A stretch of 64,000 nt of DNA from Anthoceros angustus (lineage: Eukaryota > Plantae > Anthocerotophyta). Position numbers and translations under genes: made by a program. Location of the stretch: the NCBI GenBank assembly GCA_010909165.1, contig MU008158.1, forward strand, positions 1,513,478 through 1,577,477. The letters are read 5' to 3'. Numbering within the stretch: position 1 is the first letter of the stretch; every line of letters begins with the position of its first letter. The notes below the pieces were generated by a model. It did no database searches, was not told where the DNA came from, and saw only the letters and a program-made list of their open reading frames with translations. Positions 1 through 12,472 of this stretch are shown here, piece by piece.

Positions 1-560
1 TTCCACCTTTCACGGCTTCTTGTGGCAGGGCGCCGGTGTACTGGGCCGCCTTTGGCTTGTCCTCTGGAAAACCGGCTGCAGAGCCTTCGGACCATTGTTG
101 AGGACACATAGTAAACAAGGTGAGGACATAGCGTCACTTGCTTCACAAGATGGTTGTGATACAAGTCTCCCGTTTCGTCGCCATGCGAACAAGTGGCGCC
201 ATCTGGCTTGGGGTTCCCGCCGATGTAGGGAAGTTGTCCCGCCTACTCAAATTGGCGCCTAAGTACTCGAGGAGTCGGTGCGAATCCTCCTTCCGTGTTT
301 TGGAGAATAAGTCGACAAATTTTGGACACTCGGAAGGCTACGCCCACGGATCATCTTATGGAGGAGGAATGGGAGCACCATGGATGTGGTCTTGGCGAGT
401 GGGGATAATCGCTGTTTCTTGATTCAAGAATCTCGGTTCTGGGTTCATCCATCATATGCTATGATGGACAGCTATTGAACGACGACCCCTCGTTACATGG
501 ATCGTCTTAATTGGCAAGTGGGGATGACTTGATTTCAAAGAACCCTCGGTTTAGTCTTCA
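1..560 (-). pseudogene. Retrotransposon gag-like fragment (first tandem copy, runs off the window start)
   Basis: Minus-strand pieces CPKFVDLFSKTRKEDSHRLLEYL..FPTSAGTP resemble the N-terminal part of Retrotrans_gag; repeated at about 1540-2090. Heavily frameshifted. Confidence 0.4.
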
Positions 561-589
561 CTATGATGGACAACTAGTGGTGATTCCCT

Positions 590-840
590 AACCTTTCTTG
601 TAGTCTTGCTTGCTTTGTCGTGATATGGTGACATGGAATGCCCTTATGGGTACAGCAAGGGCTCGGCTGCTGGAGAATGTAGTGGTGGGCACCTACACCG
701 TGGACATGTATGCAAAATTTGGTGAACGAAAATGCCCGCCAAGTTTTTGGTTGAACGACCCATGAAAGAGGACGGCGCAAAATATGGTGAGCTGGAAGAT
801 GCAAAAGACGCGCGCACTCACAAATTGTGGAAGGAACGCG
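590..840 (+). pseudogene. PLS-class PPR gene fragment (internally deleted)
   Basis: Stitched translation RDMVTWNAL..., LLENVVVGTYTVDMYAKFGE..ARQVF, KYGELEDAK: typical plant PLS-PPR motifs. Confidence 0.75.
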
Positions 841-884
841 ATTGCACTCATAGATGGTGGTGCATGTCTCTTGCCTAAGGGTGT

Positions 885-1215
885 TGCCCGATTTTGCAAA
901 TGGAATCGAATGTCATGCGCGAAGAGATCCTTCAATGGCACTGAATCATCGAGCAAAATTCTGCATTAAGAAGGCGATTGCAACATGCTCCACACACCAT
1001 CATTCACCGCATGTCAACAACCTCCTCCTTTCCAAGCTTGGGCAATAATCTTTGCCGACAGCTCTAAACGCGTTGGTGCGTAATCACGAGCACCTGGAAG
1101 AGAACTCAAGCTTGAAGTCTTCCGCTGCGTCTTCCACATCTCTCCATCTGTTGAAAATGCCATTCCCCAACCGCTCTTCCAAGATGGGAAGGATTCCTTG
1201 CCATGAACTTAGTGC
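885..1215 (-). pseudogene. Cytochrome P450 fragment, CYP86 clan (CYP704-like), with retained intron
   Basis: Stitched minus-strand translation GKESF-PILEERLGNGIFN-DGEMWKTQRKT-SLEFSSRVLRDY-TNAFR...EVVDMQ | intron about 1007-930 (GT..AG) | DLF-RMTFDSICKIG matches the CYP704/CYP86 C-to-E helix region. Confidence 0.85.
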
Positions 1216-1219
1216 GTAG

Positions 1220-2090
1220 GCTCTTGCGGCCGCCGTCCTTCTTCAAATTGCATCACATCACCGTTGGACTTGTTGGGTTCCGTTGGGAGGCAACGGGTTC
1301 GTGGTTTAAGGGTTTACGACGCCAACGCACCGATTGTTGCGATGACGAGTTCTGCGCCAATTTCGATGATCGACCTCTTCTTCTTGGTAGCGGTGATGGC
1401 CGCACTAGAATTGGGCCACAAATCAATCTCTTTTTCTTTGAGTGTGGTATCGATCTTGGCCGTTTGCCTCGGCGATAGTCCCGGAAAGAGTAAAGAAGAC
1501 ACGTTGATGATTTCTCTGGACACCCGCCTTTGTTCCGATGGCGGGAGCCGTTTTTGTATCGGGTTCCACCTTTCACGGCTTCTTGGCGCACGGCCGGTGT
1601 ACTCGGGGCCGCCTTTGGCTTGTCCTGGAAAACCGGCGCAGCCTTCACCATTGTTGAGGACACATAGTAAACAAGGTGAGGACATAGCCCTTGCTTCACA
1701 AGATGGTTGTGATACAAGTCTCCCGTTTTTACGCCATGCGAACAAGTGGCGCCATCTGGCTTGGGGTTCCCCGATGTAGGGAAGTTGTCCTACTCAAATT
1801 GGCTAAGTACCTCGAGAGGAGTCGGTGCGAATCCTCCTTCCAGTTTTGGAGAATAAGGCAAATTTTGGACACTCTGGAGAGTCAGACGACGCCTCGTCAC
1901 CGGATCATCTTATGGAGGAGGAATGGGAGCACCATGGATGTGGTCTTGGCGAGTGGGGATAAGCTGCTTGATTAAAGAATCTCGGTTCTGTCTCTGGTTA
2001 CATCATCATATGCTATGATGGGGATATTGAACGACGACCCCTACGTTACATGGATCGTCTTAATTGGCAAGTGGGGATGACTGATTTCAA
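1220..2090 (-). pseudogene. Retrotransposon gag-like fragment (second tandem copy)
   Basis: ORFs 1314-1745 and 1253-1717 plus the upstream EDSHRLLEYL segment; weak similarity to Retrotrans_gag; no pol follows. Confidence 0.4.
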
Positions 2091-2149
2091 AGAACCTCTT
2101 GGTTTAGTCTTCACTATGATGGACAACTAGTGGTGATTCCCTAACCTTT

Positions 2150-2405
2150 CTTGTAGTCTTGCTTGCTTTGTCGAGGATATGGTGACATGGAATGCCCTTA
2201 TGGGTACAGCAAGGGCTCGGCCCTGGAGAATGTAGTGGTGGGCACCTACGGTGGACATGTATGCAAAATTTGGTGAGCGGAAAATGCCCCAAGTTTTTGA
2301 TTGAACGACCCATGAAAGAGGACGATGCAAAATATGGTGAGCTGGAAGATGCAAAAGGGCACGTGCGCACTCACAAATTGTGGAAGGAGCGATTGCACTC
2401 ATAGA
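2150..2405 (+). pseudogene. PLS-class PPR fragment (copy of 590-840)
   Basis: DMVTWNAL, ENVVVGTY-VDMYAKFGE, KYGELEDAK; direct repeat of 590-840. Confidence 0.75.
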
Positions 2406-2429
2406 TGGTGGTGTCTCTTGCCTAAGGTG

Positions 2430-2800
2430 TTGCCCGATTTTGCAAATGGAATCGAATGTCATGCAGAAGAGATCCTTCAATGGCTTGCTGAATCTGCAAA
2501 ATTCTGAGCATTAAGAAGGCGTGATTGCAACATGCTCCACACACCATCATTCACTGCATGTCAACAACCTCCTCCTTTCCAAGCTTGGGCAATAATCTTG
2601 CCGTAGACAAACCGCCTCTAAAGCAGCGTTGGTGTGTAATCACACTCTGGAAGAGAACTCAAGCTTGAAGTCTTCCGCGTCTTCCACATCTCTCCATCGT
2701 GTTGAAAATGCCATTCCCCAACCGCTCTTCCGATGGCGGAAGGATTCCTTGCCGAAACTTGATGCGTTCACATTTTGAAGCGAGACAAACACATGTGTGT
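2430..2800 (-). pseudogene. CYP86-clan (CYP704-like) P450 fragment (copy of 885-1215, extends further 5')
   Basis: QNVERI-K-F-GKE..LGNGIFNTDGEMWKT-RKTSSLEFSS..VVDMQ|intron|DLFCMTFDSICKIG. Confidence 0.85.
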
Positions 2801-2894
2801 CACAAGCATCCAAGATGCTCGTAATCGCATCCCATTAGTACACGTTAGGATTCTGATCCATTACCTTAGGCGATTCGTTGCCTCTTAGAATGTG

Positions 2895-3260
2895 CCAATT
2901 TTACCCCTAGTCTACCTAACATGCATATATAGCCCTACATGCAATATCTAGAAAAACGGAATTCCCATGGTTCAAGGAAGTTGCCTTCCTCGGCCCTCGA
3001 AATAGGTTTCTATCTACATGCTACTTTTCCCAAGGACCAAGGAACATCCTTCCGAAACCCCGAAGACCAAGGACTAGGTTTCTATCTACATACCATTTTC
3101 CCAAGGACCAAGGAACATCCTTCCGAACCCCGAAGACCAAGGACTCGAAATAGGCTTAGGACCAAGGAACATCATTCCGAAACCCCGAAGACCAAGGACT
3201 TGAGTCTGTTTCTTCCCAAACCCCAAAGACCAAGGACTTGAGTCCTACCTATTTGAATAG
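2895..3260. repeat. Degenerate minisatellite (CCAAGGACCAAGGAACATC / GAAGACCAAGGACT units)
   Basis: GACCAAGGA core recurs many times; the same block recurs at about 4435-4740 and 15254-15645, each time followed by the same unknown segment and PPR fragment. Confidence 0.85.
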
Positions 3261-3679
3261 ATAGGACTCGGACTCGGAGTAGCGGACTTGGCGGCCACGC
3301 TTCTCGGTGTGACCACACCAAGTAATCCTCCCATCACCACTTCCTAGGACTCCCCTCTTGTGCGTGGGAAACTAGGCGAGGTAAGAGGAGCTCTCGCTCA
3401 CGACATTCGGTGCAAGGAGTCGGTGAGGTCCTCGGGTTAAACAACATGTTCAAGCCGACTTGTTGGATGAGAAGCTTGTTTCTTTGAATATGCGGTGGGT
3501 CATTGTGCTTCTCCTTCCAAGTCGAGCTCTCCAAAGCTGAGCACAGGAGGTGTGCGGATTGGATATGGGAGTCGTGACACTGTAACCATCATCGGCGTTA
3601 TGTGAGTAGGGAAAGCTTCGAGGCCGTTGGAGCTACTGTAAAATCTGGCGTGATAGACTATTCTATTCCTCGATCCGAC

Positions 3680-4348
3680 TTATATGTCGTGCTAAAACTT
3701 TGTGCGAGATAAGAAGGACATGGTTGTGGGATGGCGCGTTCATGATCTCACATCAAACTTGGAGTGCAGTCAATCACATACTTGGGGAACCATATCTTTG
3801 CGGATGTATGTATACGGAGGTAGGCTACGGAGGGTGGGCAAACCAAATCCCTTCATGTGGTTTTCAATAATCTCCGCACATGCTACACATGGGGAGCCTA
3901 ATGAGGCGATACAACTTTACTATGCGATGTGTCGCTCGGTGAAGGCGGATGCCCACATCTTTGTAGACCCTTCAAGCTTGTGCATTTCTTTGTGGACACG
4001 GAATCTAGCGAGAAAAGTGCGGCATGATATGTTGCAGTGACATTCCACCGAACTTGTTTATTAGTATGGTGGACATGTCATAGCGTAATTGGCTGGAAGA
4101 GAGGCAAACACGGTTTCGATAGGTTAAGCGAGAAAGGATGTCGTGACATGGGGCCACGATAGTTGGGTATGCAAATCATGGAAGCTTGGCCAAGAGGCGC
4201 TTGTTATATGGACAAATGGAGAAGGAGGGCACGATTGTGGGCAACCATGTTACCTTTGCTTGCCAAGGCTGTAAACGCAAGTGCCTTGCAGTGCACCGCA
4301 CTCATGATTGTGGAGAGAGGATGCCTAGATAACACACTTGTGGGCACT
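3680..4348 (+). pseudogene. PLS-class PPR gene fragment (about 6 repeats)
   Basis: VLKLCA..KDMVVGWRVHD..LGNHILRMY..GKPNPFMWFSIISAHATHGEPNEAIQLYYAM..AHIFV..KDVVTW-TIVGYANHG..NHVTFACL..VERGCLDNTLVGTC. No E/DYW domain seen. Confidence 0.9.
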
Positions 4349-4434
4349 TGCTCTGTTGGGGGAGGAAAACCGGTGGCTTCCGGATTCACCCTCTAGTGGC
4401 CACACTTATCCCACTGTCATGGCACAATAGGTTT

Positions 4435-4740
4435 CATTCCCATGGTTCAAGGAAGTTGCCTTCCTCGGCCCTCGAAATAGGTTTCTATCTACATGCTACT
4501 TTTCCCAAGGACCAAGGAACATCCTTCCGAAACCCGAAGACCAAGGACTAGGTTCTATCTACATACCATTTTCCCAAGGACCAAGGAACATCCTTAGAAC
4601 CCAAGACCAAGGACTCGAAATAGGCTTAGGACCAAGGAACATCATTAAAACCCCAAGACCAAGGACTTGAGTCTGTTTCTTCCCAAACCCCAAAGACCAA
4701 GGACTTGAGTCCTACCTATTTGAATAGATAGGACTCAGGA
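4435..4740. repeat. Minisatellite block, copy 2
   Basis: Same GACCAAGGA units as 2895-3260. Confidence 0.8.
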
Positions 4741-5109
4741 CTCAGTAGCGGACTTGGCACCGCTTCTCGGTGTGACCACACCAAGGATCCCCTCACCACT
4801 TCCTAGGACTCCCCTCTTTGTGGGAAACTAGGCGAGGTAAGAGCTCTCTCACGACATTGTGCAAGGAGTCCGTGAGGTCCTCGGGTTAAACAACATGTTC
4901 AAGCCGACTTGTTGGATGAGAAGCTTGTTTCTTTGAATATGCGGTGGGTCATTGTGCTTCTCCTTCCAAGTCGAGCTCTCAAAGCGCTGAGCACAGGAGG
5001 TGTGCGGATTGGATATGGGAGTCGTGACACAGTAACCATCGCGTTATGTGAGTAGGGAAAGCTGAGGCCGTTGGAGCTCGTAAAATCTGGCGTAGACTAT
5101 TCTATTCCT

Positions 5110-5768
5110 CGATCCACATATGTCGTGCTAAAACTTTGTGCGAGATAAGAAGGACATGGTTGTGGGATGGCGTTCATGATCTCACGTCAAACTTGTGCGT
5201 CAATCACATACTTGGGGAACCATATCTTGCGGATGTATGTCGGAGGTAGGCTACGGAGGGTGGGCAAACCAAATCCCTTCATGTGGTTTTCAATAATCTC
5301 CGCATGCTACACATGGGGAGCCTAATGAGGCGATACAACTTTACTATCGATGTGTCGCTCGGTGTGGCGGATGCCCACATCTTTAGCGCCCTTCAAGCTT
5401 GTGCATTTCTTGTGGACACGGAATCTAGCGAGAAAAGTGCGGCATGATATGTTGCCTGATGACATTCCACGAACTTGTTTATTGCCAATGCGGTGGACAT
5501 GTCATGCAAAGCGTAATTGAGCTGGAAGAGGCAAACACGGTTTCGATAGGTTAAAGAAAGGATGTCGTGACATGGGCCGGCCACGATAGTTGGGTATGCA
5601 AATCATGGCTTGGCCAAGAGGCGCTTGATATGGACAAATGGAAGGAGGGCACGATTGTGGGCAACCATGTTACCTTTGCTTGCCTTTAGAGACAAGCAAG
5701 TGCCTTCGAAGGCGGGCTGCACTCCTGATTGTGGAGAGAGAGCTAGATAACACACTTGTGGGCACTTG
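5110..5768 (+). pseudogene. PLS-class PPR fragment (tandem copy of 3680-4348), interrupted at 5768 and resuming at 12380
   Basis: Same motifs; ends GGGCACTTG and resumes CACTTGCCGTGGACATGTAGGCAAAGTGTGG at 12380, as in the uninterrupted copy at about 16683. Confidence 0.9.
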
Positions 5769-5771
5769 ACG

Positions 5772-7840
5772 TGTGGGAGGAAAAGGTGATTCACCTCTAG
5801 TGGCCACATTCCCAATGCTAAGCGTAGGTTTGTCCCATGAGACTCTTGTTTGTCGGTCACCAACATCCAAGGCACAAACCACACGCCTCTTCACACCCCA
5901 AGCTCCCTCACACACCGGAGCAACTTCAACTCACTCCTGCATGCAGCCACGCCTCACCATGCCGCCCGTCAATCACCGCTTCTAGACCTACAACGACACC
6001 CTACGACTATAGGTCCACACCCCACGAGGGTCGGGCCACGCACGGGGACCCCCTACGTTGCAACGCGACTTCACCACCCGTGATCTTCCACTATTCCTTT
6101 CCCATCGCCTTCCCACAATTGGCACACCTCAACCACCAACTCGGCGCAGCCCGCGCCACTCCCGCCCGCCTCCGAATCACCACCTGGACCTACAACGACA
6201 TCCTCGTGAGGTCCCACCCACGGTAGGTCCACTGCCCACGCACATAGGGACCCCCTCACTAGCGCGACTTCTCCACCCGTGATTTTGAGACCTTAGCCCA
6301 TTTCCGCCCTCGGTTTGGTGCATTTGGGACCCTCCCTTAGGCTCGACTTGGGCCTTCTTCTTACTCCTAATCTCTACCTACTCCTCTACTCAACATTCAG
6401 CTCCACATTCTCCTCAACACTCACCTCAACTCAACTCCTCATCCTCCTAATCTAACCTTACTTCAAGCTCACGCTAGCTCGCCCTTACAGCTGGCTGGGT
6501 GCGCCTACAAGCCAACAAGTTCTTCCTTGGGCGGTTGCTGAGTTTGCACCAGACAGAGAACCTCCAGTCTTTCCACGTAGTCTACCCTCAAGCCGAGAGT
6601 TCCTTGGGCATCGCCACACACCCAAGCAAAGCAATTTCACAAACCATTCACAAGGAGCAACTGCGAGGCGCGCAAGGCGAGCCCTCCACAGCACTCCGAC
6701 CGCAAACTCCTCTCTACCCGGACGCGTTAGCTTGCACGGCCCCGAACTTCCTTCACAAGGAGCAAAGGACTCGCGAGGTAGGGGCGCAAGACACGATAAT
6801 TTTACTTCACAAGCTCCCTCCTTTTGTGGGAGGAAAAGGGCTTAGTTCACCCTCTAGTGGCCACACTTATCCCAATGCTAAGTACAATAGGTTTCGTCCC
6901 ATGAGACTCTTGTTTGTCGGTCACCACATCCAAGGCACAAACCACCGCCTCTTCACACCCCCTGCTCCCTCACACAGTGGAGCAACTTCAACTCACTCCA
7001 CAGTGCAGCCACGCCTCACCATGCTGCTCCGTCAATCACCGCTTCTAGACCTACGACACCCTCGACTATGGGTCCACACCCCGCAGTAGGTCGGCGGCTA
7101 CGCGTAGGGACCCCCTCGTTGCACGCGACTTCACCACCCGTGATCTTCCACTATTCCTTTCCCATCGCCTTCCCACAATTGGCACCTCAACCACCAACTC
7201 TGACCGCGCTCCACTGCTGTGAGTGATCACCACTCCACGGACCTACAACGACATCCTACGTTTCCCCCTAGTAGGTCCACCGTCTCGCACATAGGGACCC
7301 CCTACAGCAGTGACTTCTCCACCCGTGATTTTGAGACCTTAGCGCTTCAGTCTCGGTTTGGTGCGTTGGGACCCCCCTCCTTGCTCGACTTGGGCCTTCT
7401 TCTTACTCTAATCTCTACCTACTCCTCTACTCAACATTCTCCACATTCTCCTCAACACTCACCTCAACTCAACTCCTCATCCTCCTAATCTAACCTTACT
7501 TCAAGCTCACGCTAGCTCGCCTTCGCTGGAGTGCGCCTACAAGCCAACAAGTTCTTCCTTGGGCGGTTGCTGTGAGTTTGCACCAGACAGAGAACCTCCG
7601 AGTCTTTCCGTAGTCTACCCTCAAGCCGAGTTCCTTGGGCATCGCCACACACAGCAAAGCAATTTCCGACCATTCACTGGGGGCAACTGCGGGCGCATGA
7701 GGAGCTCGCCAAGCACTCGACCACCGCAAACTCCCTCTCTACCCTTCGTTGCTTTGCACGAAATTCCTTCACAAGGAGCAAAGGACTCGCGGTTTGGGAG
7801 CGCAAGACCCGATAATTTTACTTCACAAGCTCCCTCCTTT
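5772..7840. repeat. Tandem duplication (5772-6824 / 6825-7840)
   Basis: TGTGGGAGG / TAGGGAGG at 5772, 6825 and 7841. Confidence 0.85.
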
Positions 7841-10800
7841 TAGGGAGGTCCTCACATACAGCCTCCACTGGCGCCCTCACAGCGCCTCACTCCTTATTTT
7901 AGTGTATCCTCTCGACTTTAAGTTCGACATCCAAGCATCTTGGGTGAAATTCTATTCTAGCAACTTCACCTATGTGAGCCTTAATGGCTCTCAACATTCC
8001 TATCTAGCTAGTCAACACACCCTCGGGTTGACAAGCATTAATCTGTCCTCCTCTAAAGAAAGTCTCCCCAAGCAATGAGCCCACACTCCAAGCTACCACC
8101 ACCTCTTCAATTGCCTCCTCTAGCCGTCGCACCGGTGATCCTACGGATGGGGCCACCTCTACACCTCCTACGGACGTAGGGTCAACCTTTATGGCCCTCG
8201 CCTCCCACTCTCCACAAGAAGGTCTCCCGTGGCGGATCTTGCTCCATGCCTTCCTCTTCCTCCTCAGTCATCCTCTCGGCCTTCCATATACGCCGGATGT
8301 TGGGCTCTTCCAGCTCCCTAACCAACTTGCCCTTCTTAGGTGCGCTTTCACCATCTTGTACCTTCAAAATAAGCGCACAAACAAGACAAGCTTGGGCACG
8401 CCCCATGCTCGTTTCCACCTAGTTGTCACCTCGTGCTACACACAATTGTGATTTCTTCACTCGCCCACAAGATCCACCAAGAGAGCAACGGCCCTTTTCC
8501 ACTTACTTCCTCTTCACTCCACGGTCCCACCTAGCTCAAACTTGGTGTCCTCACAACATTCCCACACCTGCACACAATCCTCACTTGCAAGGTCCTCCTT
8601 CTCCTTGCACACACACGCGTTCCACCAAGTCCTTGCTCTAGCTTTCCGGCACAAGCTCTTCCTCATTCCTCACGGACTTCCTAGGTGCCACTCCCTACAC
8701 ACCAGCTTGCATGGCCCTTTGGTAGTGCAAAACTCTTGTAGGCCGTTGATTCCTGCCATGTGCACTATTTCCACCTCCTCGATTTAGTAGCCCTACTTGT
8801 TATAAACACCCTACACTACACCCACATATTTGGATTATTATTCCTAATATCCTATTTATCCACACCTTGCATATACTCTTCACACTTCCTAGGTTGACAC
8901 GCTGTCTGGCTTGCTTCAAGTATCCAAGTAGTGTCGCCCCCCCTGCCACGTGGGAGACCTCACCTCCTACGGTGAGGAGACACTCTCACCTACCTATCTA
9001 CCTACCTACCTAGTTAATGAGGAGCCCACCTACATCCTACCCATGTAGCCACCACAGTCACCCCATACTACCCGCATCTCCCCCTACTTGTTTCCTACCT
9101 TGTTCCCTACCTCGGTGGGGCGGTGCGTGGACACGCTACCCCATAGTCCTACCCATACCCCTACATGACCATGTACCCCATACATACATGTAGGGACCCT
9201 CCGCCTACACCTCGCACGGGTGCACCTCCCTCCCTAGGTAGGGTGCCATGCCTTCACTACCCCTACACCTTCTCCATTCTCGTAGGGCCACCTCTCACCT
9301 TCCTCGTAGCTCATGTGACTTCTGCAAATATAATGGTTGAAACACCTCACACAAAAGGTGCCCCATCCGTCGATCCACCCCTAGGACGCTTAACTCTGAG
9401 TTCTTACATTCCATTGTCCAACACACCCAATTGGCTTGTGCAACACTCATCAAGAATAAAATGAACTTATCCTCGTGAACTCCTCATCCTCCTAATCTAA
9501 CCTTACTTCAAGCTCAGCTAGCTCGCCCTTACAGCTGGCCAGGGGTGCCTACAAATAACAAGTTCTTCCTTGGGTTGCTATGAGTTTGCACAGAGAACCT
9601 CCGAGTCTTTCCTGTAGTCTACCCTCAAGCCGAGTTCCTTGGGCATCGCCACACACCCAAGCAAAGCAATTTCGCAACCATTCACAAGGAGCAAGGCGCC
9701 GAGCGAGCCCTCCGCCAAGCACTCCCCACGCAAACTCCCTCTCTACCCGGACCTGCGGCTTGCACGGACGAATTCCTTCACAAGGAGCAAAGGACTCGCG
9801 AGGTTTGGGAGCGCAAGGCGATAATTTTACTTCACAAGCTCCCTCCTTTTGTAGGGAGGTCCTCACACAACCTCCACTGGCGCGCCTCCTGCCTCACCTC
9901 CTTATTTTAGTGTATCCTCACGGACTTTAAGTTCGACATCCAAGCATCTTGGGTAAAATTCTATTCTAGCAAACTTCACCTGTGAGCCTTAATGGCTCAC
10001 ATCAACATTCCTATCTAGCTAGTCAACACCCTCGGGTTGACAAGCATTAATCTGTCCTCCTCTAAAGAAAGTCTCCCCAAGCAATGAGCCCAAGCTACCA
10101 CCCTCCTTTCCTCTTGCGTCACCGCGCACGGTGATCCTACGGATGTAGGGCCACCCTCTACACCTCCTACGGACGTAGGGTCAACTTCTTATTTCGCCTC
10201 CACACTCTCCAGCAAGAAGGTCTCCGTGGCGGATCTTGCTCCATGCCTTCCTCTTCCTCCTCCGAGTCATCCTCGGCCTTCCATATACACCCGGATGTGT
10301 TGGGCTCTTCACAGCTCCCTAGCAACCAACTTGCCCTTCTTAGGTGCAGGCGCTTTCACCATCTTGTACCTTCAAAATAAGCACAAACAAGACAAGCTTG
10401 GGCACGCCCACATGCTCGTTTCCACCTAGTTGTCACCTCGGTCTACACACAATTGAGATTTCTTCACTCGCCACACAGATCCACCAAGTGAGCAACCCTT
10501 CCCTTACTTCCTTCCTCTTCACTCTCCACGGTCCCACCTAGCTCAAACTTGATGTCCTCACAACACACCTCCTTACACTTCAAATCCCTCACTTGCAAGG
10601 TCCCACTCCTTCTCCTTGCACACCTCACACAGCGTTCCCACCAAGTCCTTGCTCTAGCTTTCCTGCATGCCCAAGCTCTTCCTTGATTCCTCACAGCTTC
10701 CTAGGTGCCACTCCCTACACACCCGCTTGCATGGCCCTTTGGTAGTGCAAAACTCTTGTAGGCCGTTGATTCCTGCCATGTGCACTATTTCCACCTCCTC

Positions 10801-11560
10801 GATTTAGTAGCCCTACTTGTTATAAACACCCTACACTACACCCACATATTTGGATTATTATTCCTAATATCCTATTTATCCACACCTTGCATATACTCTT
10901 CACACTTCCTAGGTTGACACGCTGTCTGGCTTGCTTCAAGTATCCAAGTAGTGTCGCCCCCCCTGCCACGTGGGAGACCTCACCTCCTACGGTGAGGAGA
11001 CACTCTCACCTACCTATCTACCTACCTACCTAGTTAATGAGGAGCCCACCTACATCCTACCCATGTAGCCACCACAGTCACCCCATACTACCCGCATCTC
11101 CCCCTACTTGTTTCCTACCTTGTTCCCTACCTCGGTGGGGCGGTGCGTGGACACGCTACCCCATAGTCCTACCCATACCCCTACATGACCATGTACCCCA
11201 TACATACATGTAGGGACCTGCCCCTAGGGTCACCCCTTGTTACCTCAGTGCTACCCACATACTACCTTAACTGTAGGGACCCTCCGCCTACACCTCGCAC
11301 GGGTGCACCTCCCTCCCTAGGTAGGGTGCCATGCCTTCACTACCCCTACACCTTCTCCATTCTCGTAGGGCCACCTCTCACCTTCCTCGTAGCTCATGTG
11401 ACTTCTGCAAATATAATGGTTGAAACACCTCACACAAAAGGTGCCCCATCCGTCGATCCACCCCTAGGACGCTTAACTCTGAGTTCTTACATTCCATTGT
11501 CCAACACACCCAATTGGCTTGTGCAACACTCATCAAGAATAAAATGAACTTATCCTCGTG
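7471..11560. repeat. Tandem duplication (7471-9477 / 9478-11560)
   Basis: AACTCCTCA at 7471, 9478 and 11561; 8705-9200 is essentially identical to 10725-11220. Confidence 0.9.
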
Positions 11561-11849
11561 AACTCCTCACGCCTCACAACATCTCGTACCAACCCTCCTT
11601 GCTATCCATTCTCCTCGCGGCCACACGGCCTCCCTTCACTTTGACTTGCAGCTGCAAATTCCGCCGTCATGATGCACACCCGTTGATCCCTTCACCATGT
11701 TGCGCCACCGCAACACGCCTTCTATGGTTTGGCCACACCTCCATCTTGCAGCCCATTACAAATTCAGCTGCTGAGTGCTCTACCATGGCCTTTCCTAGTT
11801 CAACACACGGCCCTATCATGCCATCCTCCCATCGTGACTCCATTAGAGC

Positions 11850-12200
11850 ACTTCCATGTGCCTCGGCGCCATGGCCTCCTCTTGCAACCCTTGTGGCTGC
11901 TCACCCCGAACATGAGCTCCTCGCTCCCATCCTTGCAAATTGCTCCTCTCTGTGAGCTCCCAACCTAGAGCCACGGCGGATCTGCACAATTCCACCATTA
12001 CGGGCACTTGGCCCATCTTCCTGCAACCCTTGCCACACATCTCTACCTAGCAGTCCTCCTTGCAAAATCTCAGCAATATGATCACACCATGTCTCACTTC
12101 TTCCACACATGTGGCAAATTACTTTGCCTTCCCTCAAACTTGGTGGTGGTCCCCAATAATCGGGCCTTTGCCTGCAAGCTATCAACAGTGCTTGTGCACC
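11850..12200 (-). pseudogene. gag-like CCHC zinc-knuckle remnants
   Basis: GKVICHMCGRSE..., MCGKGCRKMGQVP resemble degenerate CX2CX4HX4C knuckles. Confidence 0.5.
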
Positions 12201-12379
12201 TCAAGCTACTTCCTTGGCTTAATTGCCTTCACCCTCTACTCCTCATTCTCCAACAAATTGCCTCAAGATCTTGACAATTCTCTTCCACTTCACTTCAATT
12301 CTCTCCCTTCGCCTGCTCTAGTTTTGCTCTAGTTTGATCCTTTTGATCCAAAAGTAGGAGTGCCCAAACTTTCATATTC

Positions 12380-12472
12380 CACTTGCCGTGGACATGTAGG
12401 CAAAGTGTGGCAAGTAGAAGATGCGCATCAAGTTTTCAATGCTTGAGCATTCTCGTCTTACAACGTGCGAGT
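12380..12472 (+). pseudogene. Continuation of the PPR fragment
   Basis: TC-VDM*AKCG-VEDAHQVFN, near-identical to 16686-16755. Confidence 0.85.

Larger units (their letters stand above)
2963..5832. repeat. Tandem duplication (2963-4437 / 4438-5832)
   Basis: TCCCATG at 2963, 4438 and 5833. Confidence 0.88.
5769..12379 (-). mobile_element. Unclassified insertion (probably non-autonomous retroelement) inside the PPR fragment
   Basis: Flanked by direct repeat CACTTG (5763-5768 and 12380-12385); left end begins TGTGGGAGG (5772); minus-strand gag-like zinc-knuckle remnants near the right end; no RT or integrase recognised; contains two internal tandem duplications. Confidence 0.65.

Noticed and set aside
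2895-3260. CRISPR-like array of GACCAAGGA repeats
   Set aside because: Unit length is irregular, the intervening sequences are themselves repeated rather than unique spacers, there are no cas genes, and the context is eukaryotic.
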